The notes under the pieces: model-generated
Databases searched by the model: none
Told to the model about the DNA's origin: nothing
What the model saw: only the letters and a program-made list of their open reading frames with translations
Virus record (IMG/VR): IMGVR_UViG_3300036791_000540
Origin: an uncultured virus (IMG/VR IMGVR_UViG_3300036791_000540)
Taxonomy: Duplodnaviria > Heunggongvirae > Uroviricota > Caudoviricetes
Strand: one strand, 5' to 3'
Length of the DNA: 20,000 nucleotides
Position numbers and translations under genes: made by a program
Part shown: piece by piece, positions 8,918-16,332 of the stretch
Numbering within the stretch: the first letter of the stretch is position 1
Layout: every line of letters starts with the position of its first letter

Positions 8918-9090
8918 TCCTCGGTTTTTACATGATGTTGCGTTTGTTCCGCTAAATGCTCAAGAACCAAAAGCCAGTACCTGCGTTCGCCATCGGCAAT
9001 GGCGCGCTGGACTCGCAGAGCGTCAGCGCGCGTGATCCCAAGCATACGCGGAGTAATCCTGACGGGTTTGGGTTTGCGCTTATGTCTCAC
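8914..9090 (-). CDS. Small hypothetical protein, 58 aa
   Basis: Hand-translated MRHKRKPKPVRITPRMLGITRADALRVQRAIADGERRYWLLVLEHLAEQTQHHVKTEE; GTGA overlaps at both ends. Confidence 0.55.
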   Translation of the reverse strand: MRHKRKPKPVRITPRMLGITRADALRVQRAIADGERRYWLLVLEHLAEQTQHHVKTEE

Positions 9091-9329
9091 GAGAGCGTCC
9101 CCTTGGCCGGTTCAAACCAATCGCTGCAATATTGATCTGCTGGGTGCGGCAATTTAGGTGTGCCATGCCAAGCGATGAAATGTTTGTTGGCGCAATTCTT
9201 ATGATCCACTGATACGTAACGGCAAGTGGCGCAGCTTGAGCCGCCCTTTGGGACTTGCATAGCGGGGCGATGATCCTCCGGATACGTCGGCTCAGGCGTT
9301 TTGATCCGGGCACTGTCGCGCAACGGCAT
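9087..9329 (-). CDS. Small four-cysteine metal-binding protein, 80 aa
   Basis: C33xxC36-x9-C46-x21-C68xxW; first gene after a TTGACA promoter. Confidence 0.65.
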   Translation of the reverse strand: MPLRDSARIKTPEPTYPEDHRPAMQVPKGGSSCATCRYVSVDHKNCANKHFIAWHGTPKLPHPADQYCSDWFEPAKGTLS

Positions 9330-9339
9330 GGCGAGAGAA

Positions 9340-9369
9340 GCAATAGCACGACCGGGATTAGGGTGTCAA
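9340..9369 (-). promoter_or_regulatory. Leftward sigma70-like promoter
   Basis: Minus strand reads TTGACA-18 nt-TATTGC with TG just upstream of the -10; 10 nt from the ATG at 9329. Confidence 0.5.
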
Positions 9370-9410
9370 GATACGTTCAAGCGAACACGGGTAAAATAAT
9401 TGAAAATAGT

Positions 9411-9439
9411 TTGAGCATTTATGCACAGCTGGTGTCTAT
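9411..9439 (+). promoter_or_regulatory. Start-associated repeat, copy 1
   Basis: TTGAGCATTTATGCACAGCTGGTGTCTAT; ATG at 9449. Confidence 0.8.
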
Positions 9440-9448
9440 TGTTGGCAC

Positions 9449-10249
9449 ATGCAAGATTCACCAGACTTAAACAGTTTCCGCTGGATAGTGGTTAATTCAT
9501 CCGGCGGCAAAGATTCTCAGACCGCTCTGCGCTACGTCGTAGGGCAATGCGATGCCCTCGGGATCAGCAGAGATCGCATCGTTGTCTCTCACCAGTGCTT
9601 GGGCCGCGTTGAATGGAAAGGCACCTTGGATCTCGTCAAAGCGCAGGCCGCTCACTACGGGCTCCGCTTGGAAGTCACCAAATATCGCACCGCCAAGGGT
9701 GAAGAGATCGATTTGCTCGAGAAAGTCCGCCGCCGTGGCAAATGGCCATCCAGCGGCCAGCGCTATTGCACTTCCGATATGAAACGCTGCCCGGGCCACA
9801 GAGTCGTCACTGCGCTCTCACGCGAGGCCGCTGGCGATATCCTTTACGTCAAAGGCTTCCGCGCCGATGAGAGCCCGGCTCGCGCCAAGCAGATCGTGTT
9901 TGAGCGTCTCGAAGAGCTTTGCACCAAAAGCCGCACAGTGATGGTCTGGCTGCCCATCCACACATGGAGCGAAGCTCAGGTCTGGACCGACGTCAAAGCC
10001 TCTGGCGTGCCGTACCACAGCGCTTACGACCTCGGGATGCCCAGACTGAGCTGCATGTTTTGTATTTTCGCACCGAAAGCGGCGCTAATGATCGCTGGCA
10101 AGGCCAACCCGGAATTGCTCGCCGAATACGTGGCAGTCGAGAAAGAAATCAACCACACGTTCCAGAACGGGCGCAGTCTGGCGTCGATCCAAGAAGCCCT
10201 GCAAGCGGGCGAGCAAATCCCCCAGATGAACGGCAACTGGAACATGTAA
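9449..10249 (+). CDS. Phosphoadenosine phosphosulfate reductase (PAPS reductase/DndC-like, PP-loop) family protein, 266 aa
   Basis: SSGGKDS PP-loop, RYCTSDMK, GFRADES..RA, WLPIH.W, HSAYDLGMPRLSCMFC. Confidence 0.9.
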   Translation: MQDSPDLNSFRWIVVNSSGGKDSQTALRYVVGQCDALGISRDRIVVSHQCLGRVEWKGTLDLVKAQAAHYGLRLEVTKYRTAKGEEIDLLEKVRRRGKWPSSGQRYCTSDMKRCPGHRVVTALSREAAGDILYVKGFRADESPARAKQIVFERLEELCTKSRTVMVWLPIHTWSEAQVWTDVKASGVPYHSAYDLGMPRLSCMFCIFAPKAALMIAGKANPELLAEYVAVEKEINHTFQNGRSLASIQEALQAGEQIPQMNGNWNM

Positions 10250-10256
10250 TCTGACC

Positions 10257-10460
10257 ATGAAACACTACATCGTAACTCTCCGCTACCAGTTCCCGGCATG
10301 GGACGAACGCGACGGGCTCCCCTACGAAGTCGATGCCGACAGCAAGGCCCAAGCCATCCAGATCGCACGGCGCGAGGCCGAGCACGACGGCAACGCTGGC
10401 ACCGGAGTTCTCAAGGGCCGACAATCTTGGAAGGCCGTCGAGGACGAATCCATTGGCTAA
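10257..10460 (+). CDS. Hypothetical protein, 67 aa
   Basis: 'YEVDADSKAQAIQIAR' is a common small-phage-protein pattern; co-directional and tightly packed. Confidence 0.75.
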   Translation: MKHYIVTLRYQFPAWDERDGLPYEVDADSKAQAIQIARREAEHDGNAGTGVLKGRQSWKAVEDESIG

Positions 10461-10487
10461 ATCACCCAAAAAACTTTGAACCTTTAA

Positions 10488-10516
10488 TCGAACGAACATG
10501 CACAGCAGGTGTCTAC
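10488..10516 (+). promoter_or_regulatory. Start-associated repeat, copy 2
   Basis: TCGAACGAACATGCACAGCAGGTGTCTAC; ATG at 10529. Confidence 0.85.
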
Positions 10517-10528
10517 CTTAATACCAAT

Positions 10529-11131
10529 ATGAATAACCAAGTAAAAACCGAAAACCAAATGAGAGCAGCTCTCAGACAAGCTGCCTATGATTGCAAGCGC
10601 GCGCACCCAACCAATTTCGAGCCCGCTAACCGCTGGGCCGGTCTGGATCGGGAACGCAAGGCTGGCAGCTATTCCAACGATACCCGCTACGCTTCGATTG
10701 ATGAAGCCGCCAACTGGGAAACCCCCAAAGTTGAAGCGACCACGCTCCCGGGCCGCGTCCAGTTCGTCACTGAACAGCTCGCCAAATCCAAACATGAACT
10801 TCGCCACGCTATGGAGCTGCTCCAAGTCAATTTCAGCGAGTTCGCCAACATGCTCGAACAGCATCAGGCCGAGAAGCTGCAGGCCGAGCTGCCGCGCATC
10901 ATCGACGCGCTGACCAAGCTGAACAACATCGACCATCGCGTCAGCAAGATCGGTCGCAACCTCACACCCAGACCAGCGCGCCGAGTGCCGAGCGAAACCG
11001 TCTACAGGAGCTGGACAATCATCCGGCGCTCCAATGGCCTTTACTCGGTCAGCAAGCCTGATCACCAGAGCCGCCACAACCTCAAGGATCTGTTCTCGGC
11101 CAAAATGATGGTCGACGCAATCGTAGGCTAA
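10529..11131 (+). CDS. Hypothetical protein, 200 aa, helical centre
   Basis: Start reassigned to ATG 10529 (MNNQVKTENQ), just after repeat copy 2. Confidence 0.75.
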   Translation: MNNQVKTENQMRAALRQAAYDCKRAHPTNFEPANRWAGLDRERKAGSYSNDTRYASIDEAANWETPKVEATTLPGRVQFVTEQLAKSKHELRHAMELLQVNFSEFANMLEQHQAEKLQAELPRIIDALTKLNNIDHRVSKIGRNLTPRPARRVPSETVYRSWTIIRRSNGLYSVSKPDHQSRHNLKDLFSAKMMVDAIVG

Positions 11132-11135
11132 TTCA

Positions 11136-11843
11136 ATGAAACACACTCACAGAGGCACCTGCCAAGCCTGTGGCCGCGCTCAGGCGTTCACGAGCGATCA
11201 AATCGTCGCCAAGCACGGTTACACGGTCGACTGGGGATTTTTCCACGGGGTCTGCCAAGGGGCCGACGCCAGACCGCTCGAACACCAAAAGACGCTGAGC
11301 GAATCGATCATCAAGATCCTGCGAGACCAAGCGCTGCGCAACGACAAGCTCGCAGCTGATCTCGAAACAGGCATCGTCGATCCGCAATGGACAAAGCGCG
11401 AGCGCCGCGTGACCAATCGTCGCACAGGCTTCGCCGAGTTCGTTCGCGTGCCTGCCGAGCGGGCCGAGCTGAATGACTACGAACAGCAACAGCAGCGCAA
11501 CACAGCCGCCTACAAAGCTCAGAGCCAAGCGCGCCACGAGCGATCCCACGCTGACATGCTCGAAAAGCTGATCGAGGCACGTCATGGCCAGCCGCTGATC
11601 CCAGTCGAGCGCGAGGCTCGCAAAGAGCTGGCTGTCGGCGCGCGTGTGCAGATCGGCGGCAAGAACGGCATCGTTTGCGAAGTCGTTGAGATCAAGCCAG
11701 CAGTCGCACGCGGTTGCGGCCCCTACCTGAACGGGCGCGTCGTTATGCACGCTTTCCTGAAACGCGCTGATCGGGACGGCATCTTCGCAATTCCAACCCG
11801 CAGCATTCGCGCAAACGCGATCATCGACGGAGGTGCCCAATGA
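11136..11843 (+). CDS. Hypothetical protein with an N-terminal Zn-binding motif, 235 aa
   Basis: GTCQACGR...AKHGY......GVCQG (C-C-H-C). Confidence 0.8.
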   Translation: MKHTHRGTCQACGRAQAFTSDQIVAKHGYTVDWGFFHGVCQGADARPLEHQKTLSESIIKILRDQALRNDKLAADLETGIVDPQWTKRERRVTNRRTGFAEFVRVPAERAELNDYEQQQQRNTAAYKAQSQARHERSHADMLEKLIEARHGQPLIPVEREARKELAVGARVQIGGKNGIVCEVVEIKPAVARGCGPYLNGRVVMHAFLKRADRDGIFAIPTRSIRANAIIDGGAQ

Positions 11844-12041
11844 AATACCGCATCCAAGAGAACATCTACGGCAACTGGAACGGCTACGAGGGCACGCGCA
11901 AGACCAAGCAGTTTGGCTCTGGGCTTCCGAGGCAAGCGATTAGCCCACGAATGGCTCTACATCCAAAGGCAGATCGATGACCTGTCCGAACAGCTGGCGA
12001 CTACCCGTGCCAAACTGTGGGAGCATTGGCCCCAGTATTGA
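11840..12041 (+). pseudogene. Small gene apparently split by a +1 frameshift near 11921 (or a sequence error)
   Basis: Frame 0 reads MKYRIQENIYGNWNGYEGTRKTKQFGSG and stops at 11980. Removing one G of GGG (11921-11923) continues the protein as FRGKRLAHEWLYIQRQIDDLSEQLATTRAKLWEHWPQY to a stop at 12041. Confidence 0.5.
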
Positions 12042-12067
12042 ACGGTTATTGCACAGCTGCTGTCTAC
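12038..12067 (+). promoter_or_regulatory. Start-associated repeat, copy 3
   Basis: TTGAACGGTTATTGCACAGCTGCTGTCTAC; ATG at 12078. Confidence 0.85.
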
Positions 12068-12077
12068 TTAATCGAAT

Positions 12078-13289
12078 ATGATTACCAAAGAAGTTTATGT
12101 CAGTCGGGTGCGGGATTTCCTGCACGAGATCGCAAGGTTGAACAAGAAGGCAGCGCGGATCGGCGTAGCGCAGATCGTGGCCGATCATCTGGGCAAGGTC
12201 ACCAAGACCCGCACCGAGGTGGCCAAACTCGAGGGCGAAGAGGAAGTCCGCACGTTCCCAGTGGACGTGGAGCACTACCGCCTGACCCTCCCAGAGGTCA
12301 ATTGCCAATGGGAAGCCATCGTGAAGATCACACCCACCGACGAAGGCGCATTCGCCGAACCAATGCCCGCTGGCACTCAGGCCGATGCCGACCGTGGCAG
12401 GAGCCTCGATCCGCAAAACTGCGATCATTGCCACACCCGCCGGGATCGCAACATTTCTTACGTCGTCAGGCACAAGACCGACCGCCGTGTGCTGCAACTG
12501 GGCCGCAATTGCTTCGAGGATTATGTCGGCAAGGACACGCTCCGCGCACTGGAATTTCAGTCGGTCGTCTTGATCAATCTGGGCGGTGACGACGAAGGCT
12601 TCTGGGGCGGCGGCGGCTGGCGTGGGCCAGTCTCAACCGTGGCGCTGCGCGATTGCGTGGCCTACGCCGAGGCCATGTTCCGCGAGCAGGGCTGGACATA
12701 CGCCCAGCGCGACGAACAGGGCAACGTCATCGGGCCCGAGAGCACGAACAGATACTCTGGCCGCCGAGTGAGACAGTCCGTCGAGCAGCAGTGCCCAGAG
12801 GACGCCAAGATCATGGATCGGGTCACCGAGCCAGACTGGGCTGCCGCTGACGCAGCCATCGAGCGCATGGCTGAGACCGAGGTCACCGACGAATTTGGAA
12901 CCACCCTGAAGAATCTGGCCGAATACAAGTGGGTGCCAGTCAAGAAGGCATCGCTAGCGGCCTACCTTGGGCAATTCCTGCGCCAGATCGATCGCAAGGC
13001 ACAAGAGGCCGCCCTGAACGGCAAACGCGTTTACGTGGGCACTGTGGGCCAGCGCGCGGTATTCGGGCCGCTGACCTGTGTCCGTTGCCATAGTTACGAG
13101 ACCCAGTTCGGGTGGCAGAACATTAACGTTTTCGAGGACGCCGATCACAACCTGCTCGTCTGGAAGACCGGCAGCTACAGCGCCAATGTGGGCGACGTGG
13201 TCACGCTCAAGGGCACAGTCAAGGAGCACAACGATTATCGCGGCACCAAGCAGACCATCCTGAGCCGCTGCAAAGAGGTGGCCAAATGA
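12078..13289 (+). CDS. Protein with a Zn-binding domain and a C-terminal OB-fold-like domain, 403 aa
   Basis: CDHC..RRDR...LGRNC motif; the C-terminal F.D...N.LVWKT.....GD.VTLKGTVK.H..Y.G.KQT.LSRC is OB-fold-like. Confidence 0.75.
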   Translation: MITKEVYVSRVRDFLHEIARLNKKAARIGVAQIVADHLGKVTKTRTEVAKLEGEEEVRTFPVDVEHYRLTLPEVNCQWEAIVKITPTDEGAFAEPMPAGTQADADRGRSLDPQNCDHCHTRRDRNISYVVRHKTDRRVLQLGRNCFEDYVGKDTLRALEFQSVVLINLGGDDEGFWGGGGWRGPVSTVALRDCVAYAEAMFREQGWTYAQRDEQGNVIGPESTNRYSGRRVRQSVEQQCPEDAKIMDRVTEPDWAAADAAIERMAETEVTDEFGTTLKNLAEYKWVPVKKASLAAYLGQFLRQIDRKAQEAALNGKRVYVGTVGQRAVFGPLTCVRCHSYETQFGWQNINVFEDADHNLLVWKTGSYSANVGDVVTLKGTVKEHNDYRGTKQTILSRCKEVAK

Positions 13290-13474
13290 ACGGCGCGACG
13301 CATTGCCGACGAACAGGCAAACGCAAATACCGTGCGGCATACGAGGCCAACGCGGTGCTGATTTCCCTGCGGATGAGCGATCCACATTGCCCACTACGCC
13401 GGTCGTATCTGTGCCCGTTCTGCCATTCATTTCATTTGACCAGCAAGCCAAATAAAACATTGAACAAACATTGA
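13286..13474 (+). CDS. Small Zn-finger-like protein, 62 aa
   Basis: C..TGKRKY....A......RSYLCPFC..FHLTS; ATGA overlap. Confidence 0.75.
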   Translation: MNGATHCRRTGKRKYRAAYEANAVLISLRMSDPHCPLRRSYLCPFCHSFHLTSKPNKTLNKH

Positions 13475-13488
13475 CAGCAGCTGTCTAC
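13460..13488 (+). promoter_or_regulatory. Start-associated repeat, copy 4 (perfect GACAG-CAG-CTGTC dyad)
   Basis: TTGAACAAACATTGACAGCAGCTGTCTAC; ATG at 13498. Confidence 0.85.
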
Positions 13489-13497
13489 TTCTAACAA

Positions 13498-13800
13498 ATG
13501 AACTACCAAAAAGGAAACATCGGCCCGTTTATCGGGATGTCGATACCAGATCGGAAACCGCATGATCCGGCCCAAATGGTGCAGGGACGCGGCCTCCGTT
13601 ACAATTACAAGAGCTGGAGCGCAGGCTTTCGCTGCCCGACGTGCAACCGGGTGCGCCAAGCCAATCTCAACTACCTTGGCTCTGGCGGCAGGATTTGGTG
13701 CAACGGCGTTAAAACCGCCATCCAGCGCCGCGAGCGATTGCATTACGGCGGCTACGGCTACGGATTGCTGGCTGATCTATTCAAGCCAAAAGAGCAATGA
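13498..13800 (+). CDS. Hypothetical protein, 100 aa, CxxC
   Basis: Starts 10 nt after the GTCTA of repeat 4; contains FRCPTC. Confidence 0.7.
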   Translation: MNYQKGNIGPFIGMSIPDRKPHDPAQMVQGRGLRYNYKSWSAGFRCPTCNRVRQANLNYLGSGGRIWCNGVKTAIQRRERLHYGGYGYGLLADLFKPKEQ

Positions 13801-13961
13801 CCACAACAGATTTTAAAGCGCGGATTGCGCTAATCATGCGCAACGCGGAACAGACAGGAAAGCAATGGACGCTGGTGGGTGGCCCGCGCTCCCACCAGTG
13901 CGTCCTACGCAAACCCAGCGACAGAGGATACAACAAACCAAACAAGAAAGGTAACAAGTAA
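13797..13961 (+). CDS. Small hypothetical protein, 54 aa
   Basis: Hand-translated MTTTDFKARIALIMRNAEQTGKQWTLVGGPRSHQCVLRKP...; ATGA overlap; fills the gap exactly. Confidence 0.55.
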   Translation: MTTTDFKARIALIMRNAEQTGKQWTLVGGPRSHQCVLRKPSDRGYNKPNKKGNK

Positions 13962-13962
13962 A

Positions 13963-14235
13963 ATGAGTGAGAAAATAGCAACTAACCTAATCGGAAAATC
14001 GGCCCAGATCACAATGCGTTTCAACGAAATCACCGACCAGACGCGCGAGTGCTACAAGGATGCGCCCGCTGGCAGTATCGCCCACCACCTCGGAGAAAAG
14101 GGCGAGATCGTCGCCGTCTATAAGGACGATGGCGACCTGATGGCGACCGTCCGCATCCACGGTTTCAGCGATAGCACGCCGAATGGCGGCAAGCTGATCG
14201 CGTGCTTTGTCACGCACCTGCGATTGATCGACTGA
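13963..14235 (+). CDS. Hypothetical protein, 90 aa
   Basis: ATG 13963 (MSEKIATNLIGK) after an AAGAAAGG leader. Confidence 0.7.
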   Translation: MSEKIATNLIGKSAQITMRFNEITDQTRECYKDAPAGSIAHHLGEKGEIVAVYKDDGDLMATVRIHGFSDSTPNGGKLIACFVTHLRLID

Positions 14236-14324
14236 GATCGTTCCCGTCGTCCCAGAGCGCCAACCAGAGCGCCAGTGGACGCAGGGAGCAATCAAGCTTC
14301 AACAAACAAGAAAGACCAAACACA

Positions 14325-14801
14325 ATGCAGACTTGGAAACATAAAAACATCGAGATCACATTCGACGCAGGCGGAGCCTATTTTAAGGCCGAGCTGCTCG
14401 GTAAATGGGTCACCGCAGGCTCATTGGAGGGGATGAAAAAGAAGATCGATAAAGCGATGACGAACAGCTTCGAGGCTTTCGACGCCTTGGAATTCCCCAC
14501 GTATTATCGACAGGACGTAAAAGTTGAGCCGATCAAGGTAACCGGGATCGCGAAAGACAATCGTCGATCATGGAACTCTCGCGGGTTCGCCTACAAAAAT
14601 TCGGCGGGCTACGACGTCTCCACCATGGTGCTCGTGCCTGACACAATCGAGGCGCGGCAGCTGATCGAGGAATACTACGCAATCGCCAAGAAAAGGCAGG
14701 AGGAGAGCGCGCGGCTGGACGCGCTCCTTGAAGTAGCCCGAAAGAAAATCCCGACAATCCAAGTCATGGATTATCTGAAGGCGCACCCAGAGGTGGCGTA
14801 A
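14325..14801 (+). CDS. Hypothetical protein, 158 aa
   Basis: ATG 14325 (MQTWKHKNIEITFD) after an A/C-rich leader; TAATG coupling to the next gene. Confidence 0.75.
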   Translation: MQTWKHKNIEITFDAGGAYFKAELLGKWVTAGSLEGMKKKIDKAMTNSFEAFDALEFPTYYRQDVKVEPIKVTGIAKDNRRSWNSRGFAYKNSAGYDVSTMVLVPDTIEARQLIEEYYAIAKKRQEESARLDALLEVARKKIPTIQVMDYLKAHPEVA

Positions 14802-15466
14802 TGGGCTGGCAAGCTACAGATATCCCAGAGGGGAAACGCGGTGACACGCGGATCACGAAAAAGACGCTGACTATGGAGGACTACCAGTGGCAGATCATGC
14901 GACGTCAACATCACCCAGTCCCGCCGGGCACGCGCCTGACCCGGCTGATCATCGGCAACGAGCTGATGATGTCTGATACGCGCTGGGAAAAACAAACTTG
15001 CCAACGGTTCTTGCAGGCCGCGCGCGGTGACGTCCTGATCTTTGGCCTCGGGCTGGGATGCGTCGTCCGCGAGGTTCAGGACAACCCAGATGTGCGCTCG
15101 GTGCTGGTGATCGAGAATAACCGGAACGTCATCAAGCTGGTTGCACCTCACTCTGGGCACCCAAAAGTCACTATCGCCCACGGGAACGCGTTTACGTTCG
15201 TCCCGGCCCGATCCTACGATTGCATCTGGATCGACATCTGGTCTGGGGCTACGTGCGAGTTTACCAAAGAACGCCGATCACTGGTGGGCCGGTTGCGCAA
15301 ATTCAAAAAGGCCGGGGGCTTCCTCGTGAGCGTCAACGCAGCGATCCTTGGGTTGCTCGCGATCTTCGTTCATCTGGTCAGGATACGCGAGAAAAGCGGC
15401 GAAGTATGGACGCGGCTGACTCGAAGAAATAAATTGAACGACAATGCAAAGCAGCTGTCTATTTAA
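14801..15466 (+). CDS. Class I SAM-dependent methyltransferase-like protein (spermidine-synthase-like fold)
   Basis: MMSDT..E, VLIFGLGLG (motif I), VLVIE.N..VI, GNAF, YDCIWIDIW. Confidence 0.8.
   Translation: MGWQATDIPEGKRGDTRITKKTLTMEDYQWQIMRRQHHPVPPGTRLTRLIIGNELMMSDTRWEKQTCQRFLQAARGDVLIFGLGLGCVVREVQDNPDVRSVLVIENNRNVIKLVAPHSGHPKVTIAHGNAFTFVPARSYDCIWIDIWSGATCEFTKERRSLVGRLRKFKKAGGFLVSVNAAILGLLAIFVHLVRIREKSGEVWTRLTRRNKLNDNAKQLSI
15434..15462 (+). promoter_or_regulatory. Start-associated repeat, copy 5
   Basis: TTGAACGACAATGCAAAGCAGCTGTCTAT; ATG at 15473. Confidence 0.85.
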
Positions 15467-15472
15467 ACAACT

Positions 15473-16219
15473 ATGAGTAAACAAACAGACCTGATCCTCC
15501 ATTGCGGAGCATCAAAAGTCGAACGAGCTGACGTTGAGATCGTCCCAACGCCAGACGCGACAGATACATGGACGCCAATCCCTCACACCAGTCTGATCGA
15601 GCGCGTCGAAGACACGCTCAAATCAGACGGCCTCACAATCGTGAATCAAGTGCACAGCCTTACACGCGGCGGCAACCGCTACTTCGGGCTGATGCAGATC
15701 GCGAACGGTCATAACTCCGATGACTATGCGTGGGTGCTCGGTCTGCGCAACTCGCATGACAAGAGTTTCCCGGCAAGCATGGTCGTTGGCGCAGATGTGT
15801 TCGTTTGCGACAACCTATCGTTCAGCGGCGAGATCCGAATGGATCGCAAGCACACGGTCTTCATCATGCGCGATTTGCCCGGGCTCGTGCAGCGCTCCAT
15901 CGGTCAGCTGATGACTCGTTGGCACGATCAGGACACACGCATCGCAGCTTACAAAGGCTGCGAGCTTAACGATCTGCAGGCGCACGATATGATCGTGCGA
16001 TCAATCGACGCGCGCTCGCTCACAGCGACGCAGGTGCCAGCGGTGCTGCAACAGTGGCGGCATCCGAAGCACGATGAGTTCGCTGCGCGCACAGCGTGGT
16101 CGCTCTTCAACGGTTACACCGAAGTGATGAAAGGGCTGAGCTTGAATGAGCTGTCAGTTCGCACACAGCGCCTGCACGGTTTGTTCGACACTCAGGTCGG
16201 GCTGCACAGTTTATCGTAA
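15473..16219 (+). CDS. DUF932-family protein, 248 aa
   Basis: TW.PIPH, RYFG, LGLRNSHDKS, VFVCDNL.F, RKHT and TAWSLFN..TE are DUF932 hallmarks. Confidence 0.85.
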   Translation: MSKQTDLILHCGASKVERADVEIVPTPDATDTWTPIPHTSLIERVEDTLKSDGLTIVNQVHSLTRGGNRYFGLMQIANGHNSDDYAWVLGLRNSHDKSFPASMVVGADVFVCDNLSFSGEIRMDRKHTVFIMRDLPGLVQRSIGQLMTRWHDQDTRIAAYKGCELNDLQAHDMIVRSIDARSLTATQVPAVLQQWRHPKHDEFAARTAWSLFNGYTEVMKGLSLNELSVRTQRLHGLFDTQVGLHSLS

Positions 16220-16221
16220 CT

Positions 16222-16279
16222 TTGTTCCGACCTAGCTGCTCGCCAGTGTGTGGTGCTGGTGGGCAGCTACACAGAGCAA
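16222..16279 (+). other. Intergenic RNA hairpin
   Basis: TAGCTGCTCGCCAG (16233-16246) pairs with CTGGTGGGCAGCTA (16256-16269): 14 bp with two G-U pairs, plus an outer TTGTTC/GAGCAA stem. Confidence 0.65.
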
Positions 16280-16290
16280 TGAAAAATAAA

Positions 16291-16320
16291 TTGAACGAAC
16301 AATGCACAGCTTCTGTCTAC
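16291..16320 (+). promoter_or_regulatory. Start-associated repeat, copy 6
   Basis: TTGAACGAACAATGCACAGCTTCTGTCTAC; ATG at 16333. Confidence 0.85.
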
Positions 16321-16332
16321 TCTCTAACTACA

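Noticed and set aside
9449..10249. Assigning the symbol cysH or dndC
   Set aside because: The family is recognisable but orthology is not; no cys or dnd partner genes are in the window.
10484..13460. Long minus-strand ORFs (10484..11146, 11133..11840, 11940..12497, 12954..13460)
   Set aside because: Antisense shadows of plus-strand genes, as expected in GC-rich coding DNA.
16203..16215. TGCACAG at the end of the DUF932 gene as an extra repeat copy
   Set aside because: It lacks both the CTGTCTA half and the upstream GAAC.
9411..16320. Repeat read as a sigma54 (-24/-12) promoter, since TTGAACG-N4-TTGCA resembles TGGCACG-N4-TTGCW
   Set aside because: The invariant GG is missing, spacing varies by 1 nt between copies, and copy 4 lacks the GC.
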